Shown here piece by piece: positions 46,057 to 55,065 of a stretch of 64,000 bases of DNA. Position numbers and translations under genes: made by a program. Under the pieces are notes generated by a model. The model did not search any database and was not told the DNA's origin. It saw nothing but the letters and a program-made list of their open reading frames with translations. Origin of the DNA: Candidatus Limnocylindrales bacterium (GTDB lineage Bacteria > Moduliflexota > Moduliflexia > Moduliflexales > JAUQPW01). Positions within the stretch are counted from its first letter, which is position 1; each line of letters starts with the position of its first letter. The stretch is from positions 62,001 through 126,000 of the forward strand of contig DATMBG010000022.1 of assembly GCA_035559535.1 (NCBI GenBank), read 5' to 3'.

Positions 46057-46947
46057 TTAAAAAGAATTTTCATCTATCAGTTCTTTAAATTTGTTAATCC
46101 GAATAATGACACTTTGAAAATCTTCCTGGATATGTCCATCTACCGCTTCATGGCGCTTAATATAGAATCCTTCTGTTAATCCGATAATATACGGAGTCAA
46201 TATGGATCGAGAAATAACGAAACCGAGACTTCCAGAAAAGCCTGGCATAACCGGAATATCGGTCAGGAAGGTATTTTGTGGGGTTCCCAGCTCCAGATCC
46301 TGGATAGGATCTTCTCCATGAAGGGCTGTAACAGCACCGATTCGAACATCACGAGGGGCTATAACAACGATCATATCTCCCAATTCCAGCTTATCGGCAT
46401 CCCCGAACTCATAGGCAAGGGGTTTAATAGGTAAGGACTCGGGAATTTTAAAAATAGCAATCTCTTCGGTCTGATCCAGAATCCGTTGGTCTAACACCAC
46501 GCTGTTGTTTCCAACATAAATTTCTGTTCTTACCTCGTCGTTAAGTTGGATTTTCTCTTTATTAAGATCTCTGGCCGTTGGCATAACCAGATGGGAAACC
46601 GACAAGGCGTAAAGCTTTTCCTTATATTTTACAGCCGTCACCTGACCAACCCGGCTTCCATGGATCCAAACCGGAACATCTTCCCTATCTGCCTTTGGAT
46701 AAGGCCGCCAGGTATAAGTGGTTTTGATGGGATAGATACTTTTTCGAACGGTATATTTCAGGTCTGCAATGAGCTTATGGAACTCGGCCGGGGCGTTGGA
46801 TAAAAAACGTTCATCATAGGGGGTGTAGACCTGACCTGCAAAAGCCACCTGAGAGTTTGAAGAGAACGATCGAACAGGATTTTTCAATACTTGGGATCCC
46901 AGAAGAACTAAGCCACTTGCAATAAATTGTCTCCGAGTTAACTTCAC
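46057..46947 (-). CDS. Tat-exported trypsin-like serine protease domain protein
   Basis: TRRQFI twin-arginine signal; LSVSHL, DQTEEIAIFKI, GD.D.LELGD, PGFSGS. Confidence 0.65.
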   Translation of the reverse strand: MKLTRRQFIASGLVLLGSQVLKNPVRSFSSNSQVAFAGQVYTPYDERFLSNAPAEFHKLIADLKYTVRKSIYPIKTTYTWRPYPKADREDVPVWIHGSRVGQVTAVKYKEKLYALSVSHLVMPTARDLNKEKIQLNDEVRTEIYVGNNSVVLDQRILDQTEEIAIFKIPESLPIKPLAYEFGDADKLELGDMIVVIAPRDVRIGAVTALHGEDPIQDLELGTPQNTFLTDIPVMPGFSGSLGFVISRSILTPYIIGLTEGFYIKRHEAVDGHIQEDFQSVIIRINKFKELIDENSF

Positions 46948-46949
46948 GG

Positions 46950-47146
46950 TTGTAGAGTTAAGTTAATTCTAGGGAGTTCTCTGCCCTCACCCTCTGCACC
47001 CCTCTCCCCCTCCCTCACCCTCTCCGTGGACGGGGAGGGAAGGGGTGGGGCGGAGAGGGGTACCGGCGGATCTCCAGGCCAACTTCCCATGTACCCTTCT
47101 CCCGAAGGGGTTAGGGGGGAGGGATTATTTAAATTTAACTTTACAA
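46950..47146. mobile_element. MITE-like element, family B
   Basis: 15-bp imperfect TIRs ttgtagagttaagtt / aatttaactttacaa, GG on both flanks, internal ccctctcc...ggagaggg hairpins. Confidence 0.6.
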
Positions 47147-47703
47147 GGTAGCAGACCTACCTCAGGAGAACTTCTACTCTGAATAGAAATTAATTTCCAT
47201 CCTTTATAAGTAAAACGTAAAGGGTCAGGTGACTCCATCCAATACCCCTTCACCAAGGTTTCTCACTCCGGAAACAGAATCCTTTTACCTGAACTATGGG
47301 CAATATATAGCATATCTTAGAATTTACGTCAACAGGAATTCACCGCCAGATCAGGAAAAAATTCTTTTTACAAAAAGCCGGTGAAGCCGGCATGGTTAAC
47401 TTCTGTAAATTATTAACAAGGAGGGGAAGATTTATGGGGAAGTGAAAGAGCATGGCGATTAGATGGAATCGTTCAGGCTATGTGGAGTCCGGTACTTGAC
47501 AACGCATTGTTGGATTGCTATTAGTAATATCATAGTTAGCTAGTATAACTTATGTGTTCTTTATGGCTCGAGGTAAATTTCGGGAAATCACAGGGATGAA
47601 GGCCTTTTATCCGACCGGTATCCTTATGATGAGCAGAGCAGAGCTAGAACTGTAGCAGGTAGGGAACCGGAAGTCAAACCCGAACTATCCAAGAGCAATA
47701 CCT

Positions 47704-48468
47704 ATGAGAATTTTAGCTATTAATGAATTACTTGAAGAGTTTCGTTTTGTCGATCGCCTCCTGGAGGTCGTCAAGGAAACTCCTATCGATGCCGTCGTTT
47801 TCACCGGGAACATCTTACGAGCTGAAGCACGGAATGCCGAGTGGCAGCGGGCGTTAGCCGAGCATCGGACGCCCTCTTTGAATCAACCTGAAGTAGTGCG
47901 GGAGCGCGAGAACGATGCGCAGTCTTTGAATCGATTTTTTAAATTGCTGAGTTCCCTAGGAGTTCCGGCTTATCTGGTACCAGGACGTAACGATGCGCCG
48001 GAGTGGTTCTTCCTCCAGGCTGCATTTAACAGTGAGATTGTGGCCGCCAAAGTGTACAACGTCCATCGCAGTTTTGCACCACTAAGCGGGAGTTGGATTG
48101 TGGCCGGTTACGGCGGTGAAATCACAAAGGGTGAGCGGGATCACGAATTCTTCTTGCGCTACCCGGGTTGGGAAGCAGAATTTTCGTTGGATTTCCTACG
48201 TCACCTGGATCAAAATAAGGTCTTGTTGTTCTATACACCGCCTGTTGAACCCTATGAAGGGCAGGTACAATCTGGTGGTCATGAAATGGTCAGCCATATT
48301 ATCAAGACGTATACACCACATTTTGTGTTCTGCACACCACCTGGCGGACATCGAGGTAAGCTGGTACTGGCCAACACCCTGATTGTCTTTCCCGGCCGCC
48401 TTAGCGAGGGGGAATACGCTGTGCTGGACACAAAAGAACGCGATGTGGCCTTTGGGAATCTCAGATAA
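47704..48468 (+). CDS. Calcineurin-like metallophosphoesterase-fold protein (TT1561/aq_1956-like)
   Basis: VFTGNI, VPGRNDAP, NVH, VAGYGGEI, LRYPGWEAE, PGRLSEGEY, terminal GNLR. Confidence 0.75.
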   Translation: MRILAINELLEEFRFVDRLLEVVKETPIDAVVFTGNILRAEARNAEWQRALAEHRTPSLNQPEVVRERENDAQSLNRFFKLLSSLGVPAYLVPGRNDAPEWFFLQAAFNSEIVAAKVYNVHRSFAPLSGSWIVAGYGGEITKGERDHEFFLRYPGWEAEFSLDFLRHLDQNKVLLFYTPPVEPYEGQVQSGGHEMVSHIIKTYTPHFVFCTPPGGHRGKLVLANTLIVFPGRLSEGEYAVLDTKERDVAFGNLR

Positions 48469-48555
48469 GTACTACGCTCCGGATCTCGGCACCAGAACCA
48501 CGTAGAACGCAGGAGATAAAACATATGACGTAGTACGTAAAGCGTACTATGGTAT

Positions 48556-48921
48556 ATGTTTTACTTTGAAGAAGTGATTATTAAAGAGCTGCCGTCCTGG
48601 CTGATTATTCAAACGTTAAAAACTCATATGGGAAGTATTAAGAAGGAGATTCCCTGGCTGGCTTTTAAAGCGGCTCTAAGTCGATTGGCCTATGACGTGG
48701 ATCAGATAAACAATCAGGCCGAGTTTGACAGGATTGCCTATAGAGTCGGGGTCATCGGACTTCGTTATGAGTATACCACCAACCTGTTTAAAGAAGCCCT
48801 CAAGCAATACCAAGAAACAGGCGCTAAACCGGAAAATGGAGAGGATTTCAGAAAGTGGCTTCAAGATTTACAAGATCTTATTAAAGAACCCGAGAAAGTT
48901 GCTGCCTATTCTATGCAATAA
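48556..48921 (+). CDS. Hypothetical protein
   Basis: 121-aa helical ORF, no recognised motif. Confidence 0.55.
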   Translation: MFYFEEVIIKELPSWLIIQTLKTHMGSIKKEIPWLAFKAALSRLAYDVDQINNQAEFDRIAYRVGVIGLRYEYTTNLFKEALKQYQETGAKPENGEDFRKWLQDLQDLIKEPEKVAAYSMQ

Positions 48922-48991
48922 GTTGCTTGGGTAAAGGAAGCCGGAGATCGAATTCTTTGAAACTTCGCTCCTGCTGAACCAAAAGCGCTTT

Positions 48992-49729
48992 CTACTTTTC
49001 CTTTGGAGGTGTTTTCTTAGAAGCTTCTATGATCTTTTGAGGAATGGTGGTCGATTTTTGTTCAAGCTTATTTTTTTCCAATGTTTCCAGGTTGAGGAGA
49101 GCTGGTCGATTGGAGGGATCTCGCTTAAGAATTTCCATCCAGGTTTCCTGGGCTTTATCAGATTGGCCGGTAAGGGCATAAACAACTCCCAGCATATTAT
49201 AGGCTTCTAGATTGGATGGGTTAAGCTCAATGGCTTTCAAAAGAGCCTCTTTCGCTTTAGAATAATTACCAAGATTCAGATAACTTAACCCTAAATTAAA
49301 ATAAGCCTCGGCATGTCGAGGGTTTCGTTGAAGGACTTTATTAAAAGCTTTAACGGCCTCCGCGTAATTAGTTTCCGAGTCTATATAAGCCAGGCCCAGA
49401 CGATAAAACACTTCTTCCTCTTTATATCCCATCTTAATGGCCTTTTTATATTCGGCTATTTCCTCATCATATAAATTTTTTAATCCATAGGCATACCCTA
49501 AACGGTAGTGAATACGGCCTGATGAAGGATTTTTCAAAAGAAGTTTTCTATACAGAGTAATGGCCTCATCGAGCTTACCTTCCTCTACATATTGATCCGC
49601 AATCAGTTCGTCTACTCTGAAATCCGAATTCCTGGCAGAACTATCCGGCTTTGATTGAGCAATGGCATACTCATCAGAGAAGGAATAAAGATACAGGACC
49701 ACTACATACACTATATAGAAAATCATCAT
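48992..49729 (-). CDS. TPR-repeat protein with N-terminal signal/anchor
   Basis: Repeated Y..LG..Y......EA...Y.KA....P units. Confidence 0.85.
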   Translation of the reverse strand: MMIFYIVYVVVLYLYSFSDEYAIAQSKPDSSARNSDFRVDELIADQYVEEGKLDEAITLYRKLLLKNPSSGRIHYRLGYAYGLKNLYDEEIAEYKKAIKMGYKEEEVFYRLGLAYIDSETNYAEAVKAFNKVLQRNPRHAEAYFNLGLSYLNLGNYSKAKEALLKAIELNPSNLEAYNMLGVVYALTGQSDKAQETWMEILKRDPSNRPALLNLETLEKNKLEQKSTTIPQKIIEASKKTPPKEK

Positions 49730-49818
49730 AAAATCAGGAATGAATCTAAATGAAGGAACCTTTACTACTAATATAAGTAAGTTATTGCAGGTAAGGTAGT
49801 TTTTTTAATAAAAATTTC

Positions 49819-49834
49819 AGCAATCTTTATACCA
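49819..49834 (-). promoter_or_regulatory. sigma54 (-24/-12) promoter upstream of the TPR gene
   Basis: Minus strand TGGTATAAAGATTGCT (GG-N10-GC). Confidence 0.6.
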
Positions 49835-49841
49835 GGTTGAT

Positions 49842-49873
49842 AAAAAAGCCCTCTCGGGAGGAGAGGGCTTTTT
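49842..49873 (-). terminator. Rho-independent terminator (bidirectional form)
   Basis: aaaaaagccctctc-gggag-gagagggcttttt after the vWA gene. Confidence 0.8.
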
Positions 49874-49959
49874 CATAAATTCATAAAGCTTTCAAGGGTC
49901 GGGCTTTGAAGCCCCATCTGTTATAAAAATTCCGAAGAATCCACTCCTACAAGCCCGGC

Positions 49960-51483
49960 TTACTGTTCCACAGAGACTTCCTGTCCGGCTTCAACAACCA
50001 TATTTTCTACAAAGTGATTACCGAACTTGAGTTTATAAGTACCCGGCGGTACTTCCAGGGTTTTCTCCTTGGGAGAGATATTTCCTACCCAGCTATTAGA
50101 CTGCTGCTCATAGACCTCAACGGTACGTCCACTCAGGTTGGGCATACTAATGGATCCCAATTGAATTTCTGTGGATTTACCGTCCCCCACTTCAATACCC
50201 TCCACATAGTAACTGGCAAATTTAAGTTTATAAGTCCCGGCCGGGATCCACAGAGTTTTTTCCTTAGGAGTAATATTTCCGGCCCAATTGTTAGATTGTT
50301 GGTCGTAGACTTCAACAATCCGTTTACTTAAACCGGGCAAGCCGACGGCACCCAGCAGGATTTCTGCAGGTTTATTGGCTTCTACCTTAATCCCTTCCAG
50401 AAAGTGATTGGAGAATTTAACTTTATAGGTCCCGGCCGGTACTTGCAGGGTTTTTTTCTCAGGCGAAATATTCCCCAGCCAATCGTTGGACTGTTGTTCG
50501 TGTACCTCGATGATACGATCGCTTAAATTAGGTATCTGGATGGAACCTAACCATATCTCGATGGGTTCTGTTTTAACTTCGATCCCTTCCAGATAATAAT
50601 TACCAAATTTGAGTTTGTAGGTACCCGGAGGGACTTCGAGCATCTTTTCCTTCGATGAGATATTTCCCAGCCATTTATTTGATTCCTGACTGTAAACTTC
50701 CACCGTTTGGCTTTCTAAATTGGGTAGTTTGATAACCCCAACAGAAAGCTTGATGACCTTTTTTTCTTTAGGTTTCTCTTTAGGCTCGGTTTTGATCTCT
50801 GCTTTTTCTATAACCTGGTTTTTAACCTCGGTCAAAGCTCCCTTCAACTGGTTCGCATTCTGTGCGGTAAAATATTTTCCACCTCCGGCTTCTGCAATAC
50901 ATGTCAACTGCTGCTTTTCCTGCTCGGTTACACCAAAGCCAACCACGTGGATTTGAACCTTAATTCCCTTTTCCTTCAAAGCCTTGACCAGGGCACAGGG
51001 ATCTCCTTTACAGGTTTCCTGACCATCACTCACCAGAACTACGGTTGTTTCTCCTTCGGTACTTTTAAGCAGCTCTCCGGCCATTTCCAGGGATCTGGTA
51101 ATAGGGGTCTCCCCTTTAGGTTGAATGGATTGAATCTGCTTAATTAAAGCGTTTTTGTCTCCTTTTCCTACAGGGACCAGTATTTCAATATCGTTACAAT
51201 CCCCTCTCTTCCGGTGTCCATACACTTCCAGCCCCACGTTCACGCCCTCCGGAAGTTCCCGAATCAAATTGGTCATAACTTCCTTGGCAATGGTTATTTT
51301 CTCCTTATTCTCGACCTTGGCCCACATACTCCCTGAAGCATCCAGAATAAACAAAACATTAGCCCCCGAGGATTCCGCGGCCAAAGCTTGAGTGGGACTC
51401 TGGAAAAGTAGAAATCCTGCCAGGAACGTAAAAAATAAAGGAAAAGAAAGGACCTTGGGGGAACCTTTAACTGGGAGTTTCAT
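49960..51483 (-). CDS. Secreted vWA-domain protein with four ~65-aa beta repeats
   Basis: Signal peptide ending ALA; ILDASGSM MIDAS, GETP, VSDG.ETC..DPC; four PNL....VEVY.Q.SN.W.GNI...EKTL.VP.GTYKLKF repeats. Confidence 0.85.
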   Translation of the reverse strand: MKLPVKGSPKVLSFPLFFTFLAGFLLFQSPTQALAAESSGANVLFILDASGSMWAKVENKEKITIAKEVMTNLIRELPEGVNVGLEVYGHRKRGDCNDIEILVPVGKGDKNALIKQIQSIQPKGETPITRSLEMAGELLKSTEGETTVVLVSDGQETCKGDPCALVKALKEKGIKVQIHVVGFGVTEQEKQQLTCIAEAGGGKYFTAQNANQLKGALTEVKNQVIEKAEIKTEPKEKPKEKKVIKLSVGVIKLPNLESQTVEVYSQESNKWLGNISSKEKMLEVPPGTYKLKFGNYYLEGIEVKTEPIEIWLGSIQIPNLSDRIIEVHEQQSNDWLGNISPEKKTLQVPAGTYKVKFSNHFLEGIKVEANKPAEILLGAVGLPGLSKRIVEVYDQQSNNWAGNITPKEKTLWIPAGTYKLKFASYYVEGIEVGDGKSTEIQLGSISMPNLSGRTVEVYEQQSNSWVGNISPKEKTLEVPPGTYKLKFGNHFVENMVVEAGQEVSVEQ

Positions 51484-51551
51484 AGAAGACCTCCTTTTGT
51501 TGGGTTTTAAAAAGGGTTTAGGGTTTATGAGAGGCAAATATAAAATAAAAG

Positions 51552-53348
51552 TCAACGATTCCTTCTTCGTTCCTGTTCCGTGAGATATTTCTTTCGTAAT
51601 CGGATACTCTTAGGAGTCACTTCCACCAGTTCATCCTGCTCGATGAATTCCAAAGCCTGTTCCAGGGTTAAAGTTCGGTGTGGGATAAGTCGAATGGCCT
51701 CATCGGCGGTAGAAGATCGCATATTGGTCAGGCGTTTTTCTTTGCAGGGATTGACGGTCATATCCTGTTCCCTGGAGTTCTGCCCGATGATCATTCCTTC
51801 GTACACCGGTACCCCGGGTCCCAGGAACAGGACGCCGCGTTCCTGGAGGTTCCAGAGAGCATAGGCAACCGTTATACCGGTCTCACCCGAGATAAGGACG
51901 CCGTTGGGTCGTCTGACCAGTTTTCCTTTAAACGGTTCATAGTGAGAGAAAGAGTGATCCAGCAATCCTTCTCCTTTGGTATCCATCATGAACTCGGTGT
52001 AATATCCCAGGAGACCTCGGGTTGGAATCAAATATTCCAGGACTGTTACCCCATGCTCCGAGCGCATCCCTTGCATCTCCCCTTTACGGAGTCCCAACTT
52101 TTCGATAACGGTTCCGGCATAAGGATCAGGAACGGTAATCACAAGCTGTTCAATGGGTTCCATAACGACCCCACCGACTTCTTTAGTAATTACTTCCGGC
52201 CGGGAGACCTGAACTTCATATCCTTCTCGTCGCATTGTCTCCAACAAGATAGAAAGATGGAGTTCCCCGCGTCCGGAGACCTTGTATCCTTCCACACCTC
52301 CTAAGGATTCGACCCTAAGACCCACATTGGTCTGTATCTCCCGTTCCAGCCGTTCCTTAAGCTGACGGTTGGTTACGAATCTCCCCTCTTTTCCGGCAAA
52401 AGGTGAGTCATTGACCAGGAAGTTCATAGTCAGGGTAGGTTCCCCGATCTTTAAAGGGGGCATGGGCCGTGGAGCTTCTGGCAGGCAGATGGTATCTCCG
52501 ATGGTAATTCCTTCGATTCCTGCAATGGCTACAATATCTCCGCAGGGAGCTTCTTCCACTTCTTTTCGCTTGAGCCCTTCAAAGACAAAAAGCCTGTTTA
52601 TCTTCGCAGGTTCTATCCTTCCATCCCGTTTACAAACCACCACAGGGGTCTGTCTTTTGATTTTTCCCTGATAGACGCGTCCGATTCCAATCCGTCCTAT
52701 ATAATCATCGTAATCCAGGCTGGTAACTTGAATCTGTAAAGGAAGATCTGCCTTGTCAGCAGAAGAGGGAACATGGGCCAAAATCGTTTCAAAGAGGGGA
52801 CCTAAATCTTTACCTTCTTCTTCCAGACTTCGTTTTGCAATGCCCTGTCGGGCAATGGTGTAGAGGATTGGAAAATCCAGTTGTTCATCGGTGGCCCCCA
52901 GTTCCATAAAAAGTTCAAACACCAGATCCACCACATGATGGGCCCGCTGATCTTTCCGATCAATTTTATTGATCACGACGATGGGCCTTAATCCCAACTC
53001 CAAAGATTTTTTCAAAACGAACTTCGTTTGAGGCATGGGACCCTCTGCGGCATCCACAAGGAGTAAAACCGAATCGACTGTTTTCAGAATCCGCTCCACT
53101 TCCGAACCAAAATCTGCATGACCCGGGGTATCTACAATATTAATCTTGACCCCCTTGTAGGAAATCGCAGCATTTTTAGAGAAAATCGTAATACCCCGCT
53201 CCCGTTCCAGTTCGTTGGAATCCATGATACATTCAACAACCGGTTCATTGGCCCGGAAAGCTCCACTCTGTCTCAAAAGATGATCTACCAGGGTCGTCTT
53301 ACCATGATCTACGTGGGCAATAATTCCAATATTGATAATCCGTTGCAT
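51552..53348 (-). CDS. typA: Translational GTPase TypA/BipA
   Basis: AHVDHGKTTL, RERGITI, DTPGHADF, GRGELHL, DELVEVTPKSIRLRK. Confidence 0.97.
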   Translation of the reverse strand: MQRIINIGIIAHVDHGKTTLVDHLLRQSGAFRANEPVVECIMDSNELERERGITIFSKNAAISYKGVKINIVDTPGHADFGSEVERILKTVDSVLLLVDAAEGPMPQTKFVLKKSLELGLRPIVVINKIDRKDQRAHHVVDLVFELFMELGATDEQLDFPILYTIARQGIAKRSLEEEGKDLGPLFETILAHVPSSADKADLPLQIQVTSLDYDDYIGRIGIGRVYQGKIKRQTPVVVCKRDGRIEPAKINRLFVFEGLKRKEVEEAPCGDIVAIAGIEGITIGDTICLPEAPRPMPPLKIGEPTLTMNFLVNDSPFAGKEGRFVTNRQLKERLEREIQTNVGLRVESLGGVEGYKVSGRGELHLSILLETMRREGYEVQVSRPEVITKEVGGVVMEPIEQLVITVPDPYAGTVIEKLGLRKGEMQGMRSEHGVTVLEYLIPTRGLLGYYTEFMMDTKGEGLLDHSFSHYEPFKGKLVRRPNGVLISGETGITVAYALWNLQERGVLFLGPGVPVYEGMIIGQNSREQDMTVNPCKEKRLTNMRSSTADEAIRLIPHRTLTLEQALEFIEQDELVEVTPKSIRLRKKYLTEQERRRNR

Positions 53349-53632
53349 AATAGTTTTAAAATGCCTCCTACTTTTCTACCGATCTGTATATCCGTTATCC
53401 GAATAAATGTAAGGGTTTATTAATATACGGTCAAGGAAATTAAATTTCAACGGCTGGAATTCAAAACGAATGATGAACGGCGAAGGGTTAACGGGAAGGA
53501 TAAAAATTTATTTTCCTATGATAAGGTCCGGGGAAAAATATAGACACCTTCCTATTTACAGAAAAGGATGGAAAGTGATACTTTACTTTCAGTACCTGAT
53601 TCGGCAAGGTTAAATTAGGTTTTAACCTTAAA

Positions 53633-53720
53633 AGCTCGGTAGGAGCAATCTGTTGGTAGCAATCAAGAGTCCTGGAGTGGGACCCTATGGTCTACCAACA
53701 GATCGCCTCGTTGAGGCTTT
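53633..53720. repeat. REPIN-like inverted repeat
   Basis: 12-bp perfect arms atctgttggtag / ctaccaacagat flanked by small hairpins. Confidence 0.55.
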
Positions 53721-53794
53721 TTAGGTAATTTAACAGAGTCGAGCTCAGGAACCAGAAATCTATTTGAATATTCTGTAATCAGGAGGACAGAGGT

Positions 53795-54538
53795 ATGAGT
53801 CTTTCTACTTCCAGTATTTTTGAACCCATTACCGAACCAGAGATCCTTGAAAGTATTAAAGCCCTCCCCACCGAAGATGATTTGCCATATGACGATGGAG
53901 AGCCTATGGAAAGTGAACGTCATTTAATGCAGATGATCGTTTTGATTCAATCCCTTAGAGAAGGCTGGTCCACGCCCCGGAGCTATTATGTAGGTGGAAA
54001 TATGTTTTTGTATTATGAATTGAATAGCGAAAAGAAATTTCGAGGGCCGGACTTTTTCCTGGTATTGGATGTAAATAATCGGGAGCGGAAGAGTTGGGTA
54101 GTCTGGCAGGAAGGAATGCGATTCCCGGATTTAATTATAGAAATTTTATCTGATAAAACGCGGGAAATCGATAAAGGGGAAAAAAAAGAATTGTACGAGC
54201 GGATTTTTCGGACTCCGGAATATTACCTGTTTGATCCATTTACCCAGGAATTTATAGGCTTAAAGTTACGAGATGGTTCTTATGAGGAGGAAATGCCCGA
54301 TGAAGAGAGAAAAATCTATTCAAAAGTGACAGGACTCTATTTAGTTATAAAAGACGGGTGGTTGCGTTGGATGACTCCAGAGGGAATTATTTTGCCTACC
54401 CCCTCTGAACGGGCAGATCAGGAAAAACAACGGGCAGACCAGGAAAAACAACGGGCAGATCAGGCGGAACAACGACTAAAACAGGTAGAACAACTGCTTG
54501 AAGAATATAAACGTCGTTTTGGGAGTTTGGAGGAATAA
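53795..54538 (+). CDS. Uma2 (DUF820) family endonuclease with heptad-repeat tail
   Basis: DGEPMES..H, GPDFF.V, RKSWVVWQE, PDLIIEILS, PEYYLFDP; 21-bp tandem repeat (RADQEKQ) near 54407-54475. Confidence 0.9.
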   Translation: MSLSTSSIFEPITEPEILESIKALPTEDDLPYDDGEPMESERHLMQMIVLIQSLREGWSTPRSYYVGGNMFLYYELNSEKKFRGPDFFLVLDVNNRERKSWVVWQEGMRFPDLIIEILSDKTREIDKGEKKELYERIFRTPEYYLFDPFTQEFIGLKLRDGSYEEEMPDEERKIYSKVTGLYLVIKDGWLRWMTPEGIILPTPSERADQEKQRADQEKQRADQAEQRLKQVEQLLEEYKRRFGSLEE

Positions 54539-54651
54539 CCCGGAGAGGAGAATATCCCTTTTCGAGGAGATAAGATAAAAGCACTAGAGAAGATAGAGGG
54601 TAACGTTTAAAGATCTGAAAAAGCATTCATAGAAAGAGGGATCAGAAACGA

Positions 54652-55065
54652 ATGATGCCGTGTGTTTTCTGTCGAATTGTTGCAAAAGAGACCCCGGCCC
54701 ATATCGTTTATGAGGATGATAAGACGCTGGGGTTTTTAGATCATCTCCCGATTCATCGGGGTCATACGTTGGTGATTCTTAAGGATCATCATGAAAGCTT
54801 GTTAGATATCCCGGCGGAGGGTTTAAAAGATTTAATTTTGGCCACTCAGAAGGTCGGAGCAGGAGTTATAAAGGCTATGGGAGCAGAGGGATTTAATCTG
54901 GTTATGAATAACGGTCGTAGTGCCGGACAAGAAGTTCCCCATGCTCATTTTCACATCCTTCCCAGGTTTCGAGGAGATGGACTCCGGATAGGATTTCCAA
55001 GGAATCGCTATCCAGAGGAGGAGATGAGAAGGATTCAGGAAGCTATTAAAAAAGAGCTATCTTAG
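54652..55065 (+). CDS. HIT-family protein
   Basis: CVFCRI, GHTLVI, AGQEVPHAHFHILPR. Confidence 0.93.
   Translation: MMPCVFCRIVAKETPAHIVYEDDKTLGFLDHLPIHRGHTLVILKDHHESLLDIPAEGLKDLILATQKVGAGVIKAMGAEGFNLVMNNGRSAGQEVPHAHFHILPRFRGDGLRIGFPRNRYPEEEMRRIQEAIKKELS

Noticed and set aside
47124-47237. 37-codon minus-strand ORF MESPDPLRF...
   Set aside because: Runs into the MITE end, has no recognisable motif, and is too short to support
54407-54475. 21-bp tandem repeat as a phase-variation locus
   Set aside because: In-frame heptad coiled-coil tail typical of this Uma2 subfamily; copy changes would not shift the frame
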